Shown piece by piece: positions 1 through 8,941 of a stretch of 64,000 nt of DNA (positions within the stretch are counted from its first letter, which is position 1; every line of letters starts with the position of its first letter). Source of the DNA: Pseudomonadota bacterium (GTDB lineage: Bacteria > Actinomycetota > Thermoleophilia > Gaiellales > Gaiellaceae); contig JBLNEO010000116.1 in the NCBI GenBank assembly GCA_050262775.1, forward strand, positions 6,176 through 70,175, given 5' to 3'. A program made the translations under genes and the position numbers. The notes under the pieces were generated by a model. That model made no database searches and was not told where the DNA came from. It saw nothing but the letters and a program-made list of their open reading frames with translations.

Positions 1-434
1 AGGCTCGCGGCGGCGGCCCGCGCGACGAGGGCGCGGAGCTCCTCGTCGTCGATCGGAGCGGCGAGCTCGGCGGCCGCGGCGCGCTGCTGCGGCGTCGGCC
101 GGACGGAGCTCGGAGCGGCGCCCGCGGCGTCCTCCTCGCCCGGCTCCGGCAGGGGGCCCGGCACGAACCGCACCGCCGGCACGCCGAGGCGATCGGCGAT
201 CTCCCGGGCACGATGACCCAGCTCGAACGCCCACACGGAGTCGGCGGTGTGCACGAGCAGCGTCCCGTCGCGGGCGACGCGCGCCGGCCAGGCGTTGCGG
301 GCGATCCCGTCGCCGACGGCATCGCGCCAGGCGGCGATCATCCGCGCCGTGTCGGCGACCGGCCCGTGACGCGCGAGCTCGGCGTCGACCTCGCCGCCGA
401 GCCGCTCCGGGAGCCAGCGGCGATCAGCGGGCAC
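1..434 (-). CDS. DUF721 / DciA-like protein; its C-terminal end runs off the window
   Basis: Hand translation of the minus strand from GTG 434 gives VPADRRWLPERLGGEVDAELARHGPVADTARMIAAWRDAVGDGIARNAWPARVARDGTLLVHTADSVWAFELGHRAREIADRLG... with strong GC3 bias. It sits directly after recF, as in the actinobacterial dnaA-dnaN-recF-DUF721-gyrB order, and overlaps the recF stop by 11 nt. It is missing from the ORF track because there is no stop inside the window. Confidence 0.6.
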   Translation of the reverse strand, partial: MPADRRWLPERLGGEVDAELARHGPVADTARMIAAWRDAVGDGIARNAWPARVARDGTLLVHTADSVWAFELGHRAREIADRLGVPAVRFVPGPLPEPGEEDAAGAAPSSVRPTPQQRAAAAELAAPIDDEELRALVARAAAAS

Positions 435-1488
435 GGGCCTCTCCGGGAGCGACCTCGACCACCTGGTCGGGCTCGACGGGCATCGCATCCGTCGTGGTGG
501 CGGTGATCACGGTCTGGCCGAGGGCCCCGACCTGCGCCGCGAGCGTGCGTCTCCGTGCCGGGTCGAGCTCCGAGAGCACGTCGTCCAGGAGCAGCAGCGG
601 ACGGACGCCCCGCCGCTCGCCGATCGCGTCGGCCTCGGCGAGCAGGAAGGACAGCACCGCGAGCCGCTGCTCCCCCTGCGAGCCGAACTGGCGCAGGTCG
701 CGACGACCCGACACGATCCTGACGTCGTCGAGGTGCGGCCCCGCGCCCGTCGTGCCGCGCTCGAGATCGCGGTCGAGCCGTGCCTCGAGCGCCGCCGTCG
801 TGAGCGGGTCTCCCTCGTACCGAAGGGATGCGTCCGGGAGCCCCAGCTCGCCGGCGTAGGTCGCGAACGCCGGGGCCAGCTCCGCGAGCGCCTCGCGACG
901 GGCCTCCGCGAGCTCCGCGCCGAGCGCCGCGACCTGCTCCGTCCACGGCGCGACTGCGTCGCGCGACGAGAGCCCGAGCGACGCCCGCCGGAGCGCCGCG
1001 TTCCGCTGCCCCACCGCGGCCGCGTAGCGCGTCGGCAGCTCGACCCGTGCCGGGTGCACGCGTCCGAGCGCGCGGTCGAGGTACGCGCGGCGGACGGCGG
1101 GGCCGCCCTTGACGACGGCGAGACGGTCGGGTGTGAAGACGAGCGTCGACACCTCGGTGCGCAGCTGCTCGGCGGCCCGCAGCGTCGCGCCGTTCACCTT
1201 CCCCTGCTTCCCCTGCCCGACGCGGAGCGTGACCTCGAGTGCGAGCGGCACCCCCGGCGTGCGCTCACCGCTGAGCGCGATCCTGGCGGCGGGCTCGCCG
1301 AACCCGATCAGCTGCGCATCCGACCGCGTCCTGGGCGAGAAGCCCTGCGTCCCGACGTGGAGCGACTCGAGCAGGTTCGTCTTGCCGGCCCCGTTGGGCC
1401 CGACGACGAGCACGACGCCGGGCTCCAGCGCGAGCTCGAGCCGGGCGTACGAGCGGAAGCTCCGGAGCGAGACGTCCCTGACGACCAG
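424..1488 (-). CDS. recF: DNA replication/repair protein RecF
   Basis: Walker A GPNGAGKTN and an SMC-like RecF C-terminus (LLLDDVLSELD). The ORF-track start at 1413 is an internal GTG. The conserved N-terminus LVVRDVSLRSFRSYARLELALEPG extends up to CTG 1488, one nt after the dnaN stop. There is no ATG/GTG/TTG in frame between the in-frame TGA (1513-1515) and 1413. Confidence 0.9.
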   Translation of the reverse strand: MVVRDVSLRSFRSYARLELALEPGVVLVVGPNGAGKTNLLESLHVGTQGFSPRTRSDAQLIGFGEPAARIALSGERTPGVPLALEVTLRVGQGKQGKVNGATLRAAEQLRTEVSTLVFTPDRLAVVKGGPAVRRAYLDRALGRVHPARVELPTRYAAAVGQRNAALRRASLGLSSRDAVAPWTEQVAALGAELAEARREALAELAPAFATYAGELGLPDASLRYEGDPLTTAALEARLDRDLERGTTGAGPHLDDVRIVSGRRDLRQFGSQGEQRLAVLSFLLAEADAIGERRGVRPLLLLDDVLSELDPARRRTLAAQVGALGQTVITATTTDAMPVEPDQVVEVAPGEARAR

Positions 1489-1489
1489 C

Positions 1490-2623
1490 TCAGCCGGCGA
1501 GCCTGATCGGCATCACGAGGTACGTCGGATCCTCGTCCCCGCCCTCGATCACGGCCGGCCGAAGGGGGCTGATGAGGTGCAGCGTGATCTCCTCGGCGGC
1601 CATCGACTCGATCCCCTCGCGCAAGAACTCGGCGTTGAAGCCGATCTCGAGCGGCTCGGTGCCCGGGAACTGCACCGGCAGCGACTCCTCCGCCTCGCCG
1701 ACGTCCTGCGTCCGGGCGGAGACGGTCAGCGTTCCCTCCTCGAACCGGAGCCGGAGCGGCGAGTTGCGCTGCACCATCACCGACACGCGGCGGACGACCT
1801 CCAGCACCTCGGCGCGTGCGAGCGGCACCTCGAACTCGAACGTCTCCGGGAGGAGCTGCCGGTAGTTCGGGAACTGGCCGTCGATGCGGCGGGTGGTGAG
1901 CCACGTGTCGCCGGTGTGGAAGGCGATCTGGTTCTCGTGCGCCCCCAGCTCGATCGTGTCGCCGTCCGACGCGATCCGCGCCAGCTCCTGGAGCGCCCGC
2001 GCCGGGACGATCGCCTCGAGCTCGAGGTCGGCGCCCTCGATCGCGGTCTCCTTCACGGCCAGCCGGTAGGAGTCGGTCGCGGCCATGACGAGCTTCCCGG
2101 CCTCGAACCGCACGAGGATCCCCGTCAGGACGGGGCGCGACTCGTCGCGCGAGGCCGAGCGGGAGACCCGCGCGACGGTGTCGAGCAGCGCGACGCGGTC
2201 GACCGTGTGCGTCGGGATCGTCTCGACCTCCGGGAGCCGCGGGAAGTCCTCCGCCGCGTAGGTGTGCACCCGGTAGGTCGCGGTGCCGCACTCGAGCCGG
2301 ACGATCCCCTCCTCGGGCCGGTGCTCGATCGCCACCTCGCCCTCCGGCAGCTGGCGGACGATGTCCAGGAGGAGACGGCCGGGAACCACGACGGCGCCCT
2401 CGTCGGCGACGTCCGCGTCGGCGGATGCGCGAAGCGAGAGCTCCATGTCGGTCGCGGCGAGGTGGAGGCGCCCTGCCTCCGCGCGGAGGAGCACCCCGAG
2501 CAGCACCTGCACCGCCGAGCGCGTCGAGACGGCGCGGGCAACCACCCCGAGCCGCTCCCCGAGCTCTGCCCGACCCACGGTCGCCTTCAGCCCCGATCCG
2601 ACCACGATGTCTGTCTCGATCAT
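1490..2623 (-). CDS. dnaN: DNA polymerase III beta sliding clamp
   Basis: 377-aa ORF with typical three-domain clamp length and sequence (LATRLPEGE-like, MPIRL C-terminus), located between dnaA and recF. Confidence 0.96.
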   Translation of the reverse strand: MIETDIVVGSGLKATVGRAELGERLGVVARAVSTRSAVQVLLGVLLRAEAGRLHLAATDMELSLRASADADVADEGAVVVPGRLLLDIVRQLPEGEVAIEHRPEEGIVRLECGTATYRVHTYAAEDFPRLPEVETIPTHTVDRVALLDTVARVSRSASRDESRPVLTGILVRFEAGKLVMAATDSYRLAVKETAIEGADLELEAIVPARALQELARIASDGDTIELGAHENQIAFHTGDTWLTTRRIDGQFPNYRQLLPETFEFEVPLARAEVLEVVRRVSVMVQRNSPLRLRFEEGTLTVSARTQDVGEAEESLPVQFPGTEPLEIGFNAEFLREGIESMAAEEITLHLISPLRPAVIEGGDEDPTYLVMPIRLAG

Positions 2624-2780
2624 TCTCTTAAAGTCCTTTGCTCGTAGTCGTAGAGAGTGTGGACGACGGGGAAGACGGCGCGGAACGGGATGTCCACGGG
2701 GTTTGCGCTGTGTACGGCCGCCGGGGACAAGTGGCGCTTCTGAACAGGGTCATCGGGGACGGGGCAAACCCTCCACAGGT
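2624..2780. promoter_or_regulatory. dnaA-dnaN intergenic region with DnaA-box-like motifs and an AT-richer patch; candidate oriC/DUE
   Basis: Boxes resembling TT(A/G)TCCACA: 2658-2666 TGTGGACGA (reverse complement TCGTCCACA), 2690-2698 ATGTCCACG, 2769-2777 CCCTCCACA. The locally AT-richer stretch 2624-2657 (ttctcttaaagtcctttgctcgtagtcgtagaga) stands out in a 72% GC background. Confidence 0.45.
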
Positions 2781-4157
2781 CTAGCGAACCTGCTTGATCC
2801 TTGCGGTTAGTTCTTGCACAAGGTTGTACACCGACCGATCCTCGCGGATCAGGCGCGCGATCTTGCTCGTCGCGTGGATCACGGTGGTGTGGTCGCGACC
2901 GCCGAACTCCTTGCCGATCTTCGGCAGCGACGAGTCGGTGAGCTCGCGCGAGAGGTACATCGCCACCTGACGCGGGTAGACGATGTTCTGCGAGCGCTTG
3001 TCGCCGCAGAGCTCCTCGAGGGACAACCCGAAGCGGTCGGAGACGGTCTCCTGGATGCGCTTGATCGAGACCTGCGCCGGCTCGCCCTGGGGGAAGACGT
3101 CCTTCAGCACGTCCTGCGCGAGGTCGACGGTCATCGGCCGCCCCGTCAGCGAGGAGAAGGCGACGACGCGCGTGAGCGCCCCCTCGAGCTCGCGGATGTT
3201 CGTCGAGACGCGCCCCGCGATGAACGTGAGGAGTTGCGGGTCGCGGATGTCGATGCCGTCCGACTTCACCTTCTTCCGCAGGATCGCCTCGCGGGTCTCG
3301 AGGTCGGGAGGCTGGATGTCGGTGATGAGCCCCCATTCGAACCGCGACCGCAGTCGCTCCTCGAGCGTCGCGATCTCCCGCGGCGGGCGGTCGCTCGAGA
3401 GCACGATCTGCGCGCCCGTCTCGTAGAGCGAGTTGAAGGTGTGGAAGAACTCCTCCTGGATCCGCTCCTTGCCCTCGAAGAACTGGATGTCGTCGACGAG
3501 CAGCAGGTCGTAGTTGCGGTACCGGTGCTTGAATCCCTCGATGCGCTTGTCGCGGAGCGAGTTGATGAAGTCGTTCATGAACGTCTCGCTCGTCACGTAG
3601 CGCGCCGCCATGTGCCCCGTGTGCTCGGCGACGTACTGCGCGATCGCCTGCATCAGGTGCGTCTTGCCGAGCCCCGTCCCGCCGTAGATGAAGAGCGGGT
3701 TGTAGGCCTGCGCCGGCGCCTCCGCGACCGCGAGCGCCGCCGCGTGCGCGAAGCGGTTCGACGACCCGATCACGAACGAGTCGAACGTGTACTTCGCGTT
3801 GAGCTGTCCCGCGGCGCGGGCCGGCGGCTCGACCGTCGCGGCGAGCGACGGCGCCACGCCTCCGGACGCGGGCTCGGGCCCGTCGTGGACGGTGATCTGG
3901 ATCCGGCGCTCACGACCGGTCGCGTCCAGGACGATCGCGCGGAGGAGGCCGACGTAGTGGCCCTCGATCCACTCGCGCGTGAAGTCGTTCGGGACGGCGA
4001 CGACGAACGCGTCGTCCGAGACGTCGACCCCCTCCGCGTCCCCGAACCAGGTGCGGTAGGTGGTCTCGTTGAGGGCCCCCTGAAGCCGACTGGCAACCTC
4101 GTTCCACACACTCTCGACAGTCAGCTCGACTGGGGAATCCACGCCTTCGGTCTCCAC
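2781..4157 (-). CDS. dnaA: Chromosomal replication initiator DnaA
   Basis: 458 aa with AAA+ Walker A GGTGLGKTHL, sensor motifs and a C-terminal DnaA-box binding domain (HTTVIHA). The GTG start at 4157 is abutted by GGAGGA, an unusually short spacing, so the exact start is uncertain. Confidence 0.96.
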   Translation of the reverse strand: METEGVDSPVELTVESVWNEVASRLQGALNETTYRTWFGDAEGVDVSDDAFVVAVPNDFTREWIEGHYVGLLRAIVLDATGRERRIQITVHDGPEPASGGVAPSLAATVEPPARAAGQLNAKYTFDSFVIGSSNRFAHAAALAVAEAPAQAYNPLFIYGGTGLGKTHLMQAIAQYVAEHTGHMAARYVTSETFMNDFINSLRDKRIEGFKHRYRNYDLLLVDDIQFFEGKERIQEEFFHTFNSLYETGAQIVLSSDRPPREIATLEERLRSRFEWGLITDIQPPDLETREAILRKKVKSDGIDIRDPQLLTFIAGRVSTNIRELEGALTRVVAFSSLTGRPMTVDLAQDVLKDVFPQGEPAQVSIKRIQETVSDRFGLSLEELCGDKRSQNIVYPRQVAMYLSRELTDSSLPKIGKEFGGRDHTTVIHATSKIARLIREDRSVYNLVQELTARIKQVR

Positions 4158-4464
4158 TCCTCCTGGACGGAAAGAGGCGCGAGCATAGCAGCGTCTACGA
4201 GGGCCGACAATAACCCTTCCAGGGGGTTAGAGCAAGCGAAAAAGGCCGCTCTTTGCAGGGGTTTTGGCCCGGCGTTCACGACTCTCCACACCTGTGGAAA
4301 GCGAGGGGGATAACCTTCGCCGAAGGCTCGACGTCCCCGCTCTCGGCCCCTTTTCGGTCCGCCCGACCGGCTGTGGAGAACCGGTGGACGGCCGCCTCCG
4401 GTAGACTCCCGCGGCGCCGCCGCTGGGCGGCCTCCCTCCGTCGTCCGCGACCCCCGAGCTCGCC
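4158..4464. promoter_or_regulatory. rpmH-dnaA divergent intergenic region with a DnaA-box cluster; dnaA promoter/autoregulation or part of oriC
   Basis: Head-to-head boxes CTCTCCACA (4282-4290) and TGTGGAAA (4293-4300, reverse complement TTTCCACA). Also TGTGGAGAA (4372-4380, reverse complement TTCTCCACA) and GGGGATAA (4306-4313, reverse complement TTATCCCC). A candidate dnaA -10 TATGCT is the reverse complement of 4182-4187. Confidence 0.5.
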
Positions 4465-4599
4465 ATGAAGCGCACCTACCAGCCCAACGTCCGCCGCCGG
4501 AAGCGCAAGCACGGTTTTCGCAACCGGATGGCCACGCGTGCCGGCCGCATGATCCTCAAGCGCCGCCGCAACAAGGGCCGCAAGCGCCTCTCGGCCTGA
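4465..4599 (+). CDS. rpmH: 50S ribosomal protein L34
   Basis: Hand translation gives [44 protein letters not shown], the canonical L34. It is too short for the ORF track and sits in the conserved position upstream of rnpA. Confidence 0.96.
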   Translation: MKRTYQPNVRRRKRKHGFRNRMATRAGRMILKRRRNKGRKRLSA

Positions 4600-4607
4600 G
4601 CACGGCC

Positions 4608-4955
4608 GTGCAGCGTCGGAACCGGCTCTCTCGGTCCCGTGACTTCGACGCGGTCTACCGCCAGGGCCGGTCGGTCGCGACGCGCTTCCTCGTCCTGCAC
4701 TGGTTCCCGCGCGAGGACGCCGACGGCGAGCCGCGCCTCGGGTTGTCCGTCCCGCGCGCCGTCGGCAACGCGGTGACGCGCAACCGGATCAAGCGGCAGC
4801 TCCGGGAGGCCTGGCGCGGGTTGCCCACGGCCGTGCCGCCGGGCCACGACTACGTGCTGATCGTCCGCCCGGGGCTCCCCGAGGCGGTCGAGGCGCGCGG
4901 CTTCGACTGGCTCGGCGAGCGGGTCGCCGAGGTGCTCGCGAAGCGGGCGGCGTGA
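4608..4955 (+). CDS. rnpA: Ribonuclease P protein component
   Basis: 115 aa, basic, with RNRLSRSRDFDAVYRQG and a RNR-motif-like region (VTRNRIKRQLRE); follows rpmH. Confidence 0.9.
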   Translation: MQRRNRLSRSRDFDAVYRQGRSVATRFLVLHWFPREDADGEPRLGLSVPRAVGNAVTRNRIKRQLREAWRGLPTAVPPGHDYVLIVRPGLPEAVEARGFDWLGERVAEVLAKRAA

Positions 4956-5206
4956 CGGCGCGGCTGCTCGTCCTGCTCGTCCGCGGCTACCAGCGGCTGC
5001 TGAGCCCGCTCCTCGGCGACCGGTGCAAGTACCACCCGACGTGCTCGCAGTACGCCGTCGACGCCCTGCGCGAGTACGGCGCGCTGCGCGGCAGCGTCCT
5101 CGCCGCCTGGCGCGTGCTCCGCTGCAACCCCTGGAGCGCCGGCGGCGTCGACCACGCGCACGACCAGACGCTGTTCCGGCGGCGGACCGAGGAGCGCCAC
5201 GCGTGA
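4952..5206 (+). CDS. yidD: Membrane protein insertion efficiency factor YidD
   Basis: YQRLLSPLLGDRCKYHPTCSQYAVDALREYG motif; GTGA overlap with the rnpA stop. Confidence 0.9.
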   Translation: MTARLLVLLVRGYQRLLSPLLGDRCKYHPTCSQYAVDALREYGALRGSVLAAWRVLRCNPWSAGGVDHAHDQTLFRRRTEERHA

Positions 5207-6015
5207 TCCTCCTCAGCATCCTCTCGCCGATCGAGAACGTGATGGAGCAGGCCCTCCGCTGGCTCCACGAGTCGCTCTCGCTGCCGTGGGCGTGGGCGAT
5301 CGTCGTCCTCACGCTGATCGTCCGGATGCTGCTCGTGCCCCTGACGGTGCGGCAGATCCACTCGATGCAGAACCTCCAGAAGCACGCGCCCGAGATGAAG
5401 GCGATCCAGGAGCGCTACAAGACCGACAAGATCAAGCAGCGCGAGGAGTTGATGGCGTTCTACAAGGAGAACAACATCAACCCCGCGGCGTCGTGCCTGC
5501 CGATCGTCGCGCAGATCCCGGTCTTCATCTCGCTGTACTTCGTGCTGAAGGACTTCGAGAAGGAGGTCTTCCCGGACTACCCGTCCAGCGACCTCGGCTG
5601 GCTGAACCTCGTTCCCGACATCACCGCCCCCGCGAACTCGCACTGGTCGGGGTACCTGCTGATCGTCGTCTACGCCGTGTCGCAGCTGACCTCGACGCTG
5701 CTGATGTCGACGACGATGGACCGCGTCCAGCGGACGATGCTGATCATCCTCCCGCTCGCGTTCGTGTTCGTGATCGTCAACTTCCCCGCCGGGCTGGTGC
5801 TCTACTGGGTCACCTCGAACCTGTGGACGACGGGGCAGGGGCTGATCACGCGGCGGATGATGCCGAAGCCGGTCGTGCCGACGAAGCGCAGCTCGCGAAC
5901 CCCTGCGCGCGGCGAGCGTGCGAAGGAGCCCGCGGCGAAGAACGGCGACGATGCGCGGCCGCCGGCGCAGACCGCGCCGCGCAAGGTCAAGCGGAAGAAG
6001 AAAGCGCGGCGCTAG
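5203..6015 (+). CDS. yidC: Membrane protein insertase YidC (short Gram-positive type)
   Basis: The 60-kDa-IMP core (TLIVRMLLVPLTVRQ, MKAIQERYK, GCLPIVAQIPVFISLY-like, LVLYWVTSNLWT) begins at GTG 5203, which overlaps the yidD stop. The ORF-track extension 5023-5202 is another frame of yidD. Basic C-terminal tail. Confidence 0.9.
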   Translation: MILLSILSPIENVMEQALRWLHESLSLPWAWAIVVLTLIVRMLLVPLTVRQIHSMQNLQKHAPEMKAIQERYKTDKIKQREELMAFYKENNINPAASCLPIVAQIPVFISLYFVLKDFEKEVFPDYPSSDLGWLNLVPDITAPANSHWSGYLLIVVYAVSQLTSTLLMSTTMDRVQRTMLIILPLAFVFVIVNFPAGLVLYWVTSNLWTTGQGLITRRMMPKPVVPTKRSSRTPARGERAKEPAAKNGDDARPPAQTAPRKVKRKKKARR

Positions 6016-6692
6016 TGGCCGGGGGTGAGCCGCGCCGCGTCGAGGGGACGGGCGAGACCGTCGGCGAGGCGAAGTGGAACGCCCTTCGCGAGCTCGAGCG
6101 GCTGTACCCGCGTGTCGACAAGGCCGCGGTCGAGTTCCAGGTCGTCTCGGAAGGCGAGCGGGGCCTCCTCGGCGTGGGGTTCGCGCCCGCGCGGGTGGTC
6201 GCCGTCGCACCGGAGCGGGAGGACGACGACGACGCTGCCGACAGCCCCCTGGCCGCCGACGTCCGGTCGCTCGTCGCGCTGATCGCCGGCGAGCTCGGCA
6301 TCCCCTGCCGGATCGATGTCGCCGAGGACGACGCCACGGTCACCGTCACCTGCACCGGGCCCGATCTCGGGATGCTGATCGGGAAGCACGGGCAGACGAT
6401 CGACGCGGCCCAGTACCTGCTGAACGCGATCGTCGCGAAGGACCGGCAGGAGTCGCGGAAGGAGGTGGTCGTCGACGCGGCCGGCTACCGCGCCCGGCGC
6501 ACGGCGACGCTCGAGGCGCTCGCCCTGCGGACGGCCGAGCAGGCGCTCGCGTCGGGGGCGCCCGTCGAGCTCGAGCCGATGACCGCCGTGGAGCGCAAGG
6601 TCGTCCACCTCCGGCTCAAGGAGGTCGACGGGGTCGAGACGACGAGCGAGGGGACGGAGCCGAACCGCTACGTCGTCGTCCACCCCATCTGA
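6015..6692 (+). CDS. jag: Jag/KhpB-type RNA-binding protein (Jag_N, KH, R3H)
   Basis: GETVGEAKWNALRELE (Jag N domain), then KH-like IGKHGQTIDAAQYL and R3H-like LEPMTAVERKVVHLRL. GTG 6015 overlaps the yidC stop by 1 nt. Confidence 0.8.
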   Translation: MAGGEPRRVEGTGETVGEAKWNALRELERLYPRVDKAAVEFQVVSEGERGLLGVGFAPARVVAVAPEREDDDDAADSPLAADVRSLVALIAGELGIPCRIDVAEDDATVTVTCTGPDLGMLIGKHGQTIDAAQYLLNAIVAKDRQESRKEVVVDAAGYRARRTATLEALALRTAEQALASGAPVELEPMTAVERKVVHLRLKEVDGVETTSEGTEPNRYVVVHPI

Positions 6693-6720
6693 CGCGCTGC
6701 TCGACCGCTGGCTCGATGCC

Positions 6721-7275
6721 GTGCTCGCCACGCCCGGGTTGACCGCGCTGGCCGATCGGGACGAGGCGCGCCGCGTGCTGCTCGACGACGCGCTGCGCGG
6801 TGTCGACCTCGTGCGGCGCGTCGGCGGGTCGATCGTGGACGTCGGCTCGGGCGGCGGCACGCCCGGGATCCCGCTCGCCGTGGCGTTGCCCGACCGGCTC
6901 GTGACCCTGCTCGAGGCGGAGCGGCGCAAGGCGTCGTTCCTCGAGACGTGGGCGGCGGAGCTGCCCAATCTGCGCGTCGTGTGGGGGCGTGCCGAGGAGC
7001 AGCCGGTCGAGTCGTGGGGCGTCGCCGTCGCGAAGGCGCTGGCGCACCCGGCCACGGCGGCGGAGTGGTGCCTCCCGCTCGTCCGGGAGGGAGGCGCCGT
7101 CGTCCTGTGGGTCGGGCCGTCGGCGGAGGCGTCGCGTGTCGCCGCCGTCGCGGAGCGGATCGGGGGCGCGCTCGAGGACGCTCCGCGGGGCTTCCTCGTC
7201 CTGCGGAAGCTCGGCCCGACCCCGCCCGGGTTCCCGCGTCGCCCCGGGATGGCGAAGAAGCGCCCGCTCGCCTGA
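6721..7275 (+). CDS. rsmG: 16S rRNA (guanine527-N7)-methyltransferase RsmG
   Basis: SAM motif IVDVGSGGGTPGIPLA and the conserved position after jag. The first canonical start is GTG 6721, but RsmG-like N-terminal sequence (LLDRWLDAVLATPGLTAL) continues upstream to CTG 6697. Confidence 0.85.
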   Translation: MLATPGLTALADRDEARRVLLDDALRGVDLVRRVGGSIVDVGSGGGTPGIPLAVALPDRLVTLLEAERRKASFLETWAAELPNLRVVWGRAEEQPVESWGVAVAKALAHPATAAEWCLPLVREGGAVVLWVGPSAEASRVAAVAERIGGALEDAPRGFLVLRKLGPTPPGFPRRPGMAKKRPLA

Positions 7276-7314
7276 CGGGGGTTCCACGGCGCCAGGAGCG
7301 TCCGCCCTCGCGAC

Positions 7315-7320
7315 TACCCT
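7315..7320 (+). promoter_or_regulatory. Candidate -10 (TACCCT) for a leaderless parA transcript
   Basis: TANNNT hexamer 6 nt upstream of GTG 7327, with no Shine-Dalgarno sequence. Confidence 0.4.
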
Positions 7321-7326
7321 GGCTCC

Positions 7327-8082
7327 GTGGCTGGGCGGATCTACGCGCTCGCGAACCAGAAGGGCGGCGTCGGCAAGACGACCACGGCGATCAACCTCGC
7401 CGCGTGCCTCGCCGAGGCCGGGCAGCGGGCGCTCGTGGTCGACCTCGACCCGCAGGCGAACGCCACCTCGGGTCTCGGCGCGCGTGCGAACGGCGTCTCG
7501 AGCTACGACCTCCTCGACGGGGTGCCGCTCGGCGACCTCGCGCGGCCGACGCGGTTCCCCAACCTCGACCTCGTCCCCGCGAAGCCCGCTCTCGCCGGCG
7601 CGGTCGTCGAGCTCGCCCGCCGCGACGGCGCAGACCGCTATCTCGCAGAGGCGCTCGCCGGCGCCGTCGACGCCTGGGACTTCGTGTTCCTCGACTGTCC
7701 GCCCTCGCTCGGGCCGCTGACGGTGAACGCGCTCGCCGCCGCGGATCGCGTGCTCGTCCCGGTGCAGGCCGAGTACTACGCGCTCGAGGGCCTCGCGCAG
7801 CTCGTCGAGTCCGTCGACCTGATCCGCGTGCGGCTCAACCCGCGGCTGCGCATCGGCGGCGTCCTCCTGACCATGGTCGACGGCCGGACGCGCCTCGCCG
7901 CGGAGGTGTCCGACGAGGTGCGGCGCCACTTCGGCGACCTCGTGTTCACCACGGTCGTGCCGCGCTCCGTGCGCCTCGCCGAGGCGCCGAGCCACGGGCT
8001 GCCGGCGATCGCGTACGACCGGCGTTCGGCCGGCGCCGACGCGTACTGGAAGGTGGCGATGGAGCTTGTCGAGCGTCCCTAG
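7327..8082 (+). CDS. parA: Chromosome partitioning ATPase ParA/Soj
   Basis: Deviant Walker A NQKGGVGKTTT; full-length ParA-like sequence. Confidence 0.93.
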   Translation: MAGRIYALANQKGGVGKTTTAINLAACLAEAGQRALVVDLDPQANATSGLGARANGVSSYDLLDGVPLGDLARPTRFPNLDLVPAKPALAGAVVELARRDGADRYLAEALAGAVDAWDFVFLDCPPSLGPLTVNALAAADRVLVPVQAEYYALEGLAQLVESVDLIRVRLNPRLRIGGVLLTMVDGRTRLAAEVSDEVRRHFGDLVFTTVVPRSVRLAEAPSHGLPAIAYDRRSAGADAYWKVAMELVERP

Positions 8083-8911
8083 GCGCGGCCTCGGTCGCGG
8101 CCTCGAGGTCCTGATCGGCGGGGGAGACGGCTCGCACGAGCTGACGGAGCTTCCGGTTGCCGACATCCACCCGAACCCGCGCCAGCCGAGGCGGCACTTC
8201 GAGGCGGAGGCCGTGACCGGCCTCGCCGAGTCGATTCGCGCACAGGGGCTCATCCAGCCCGTGGTCGTCCGGCCGAGGCCCGCGGGCGGCTACGAGCTGA
8301 TCGCCGGCGAGCGCCGCTGGCGGGCGGCGAGGGAGGCCGGGATGGAGGCGGTGCCCGCGGTCGTCCGGGCGGCGGGCGACCGGGAGTCGCTCCTGCTCGC
8401 GGTCGTCGAGAACGTCGCGCGGGAGGATCTGAACCCGGTCGAGGAGGCGCGGGCCTACGCCGTGCTGATCGACGAGTTCGGTCTCTCGCTCGGGGACGTC
8501 TCGACGCGTGTCGGCCGCTCCAAGCCCGCGGTCTCGAATCGCGTCCGCCTGCTCGAGCTCCCGACGGACGTGCTCGGCATGGTCGAGCGAGGCAAGCTCT
8601 CCGAGGGCCACGCCCGGGCGGTCCTCGCCGTGCCCGACCAGGACGGGCGCAGGCGGCTCGCTCGCCGGATCGTGCAGAAGGGGATGACGGTCCGCGCCGC
8701 GGAGCAGGCGGCCCGCTGGTCCGGCGCGCGGACGAGGCCGCGCCGCGCCGGGGCGCCGGTCGACCCCGACCTCGCTGCCCGCGTCCGCTCCCAGCTCGAG
8801 CGCCTCGTGGGCCGGCCCGTGCGCGTCACCGCCCACCGCGTCGAGATCCCGTTCGCGGACGAGTACGAGCTGGCCGAGCTCGCCGAGGCGCTCGAGGGCC
8901 TCCGCCCGTAA
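8066..8911 (+). CDS. parB: Chromosome partitioning protein ParB/Spo0J
   Basis: GLGRGLEVLI N-terminus, ParB box QPVVVRP..YELIAGERRWRAA, and an HTH region. TTG start overlaps the parA end. Confidence 0.93.
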   Translation: MSSVPRRGLGRGLEVLIGGGDGSHELTELPVADIHPNPRQPRRHFEAEAVTGLAESIRAQGLIQPVVVRPRPAGGYELIAGERRWRAAREAGMEAVPAVVRAAGDRESLLLAVVENVAREDLNPVEEARAYAVLIDEFGLSLGDVSTRVGRSKPAVSNRVRLLELPTDVLGMVERGKLSEGHARAVLAVPDQDGRRRLARRIVQKGMTVRAAEQAARWSGARTRPRRAGAPVDPDLAARVRSQLERLVGRPVRVTAHRVEIPFADEYELAELAEALEGLRP

Positions 8912-8941
8912 CCGGATCGAGCGGGCCTTCGTTGACCCTGT

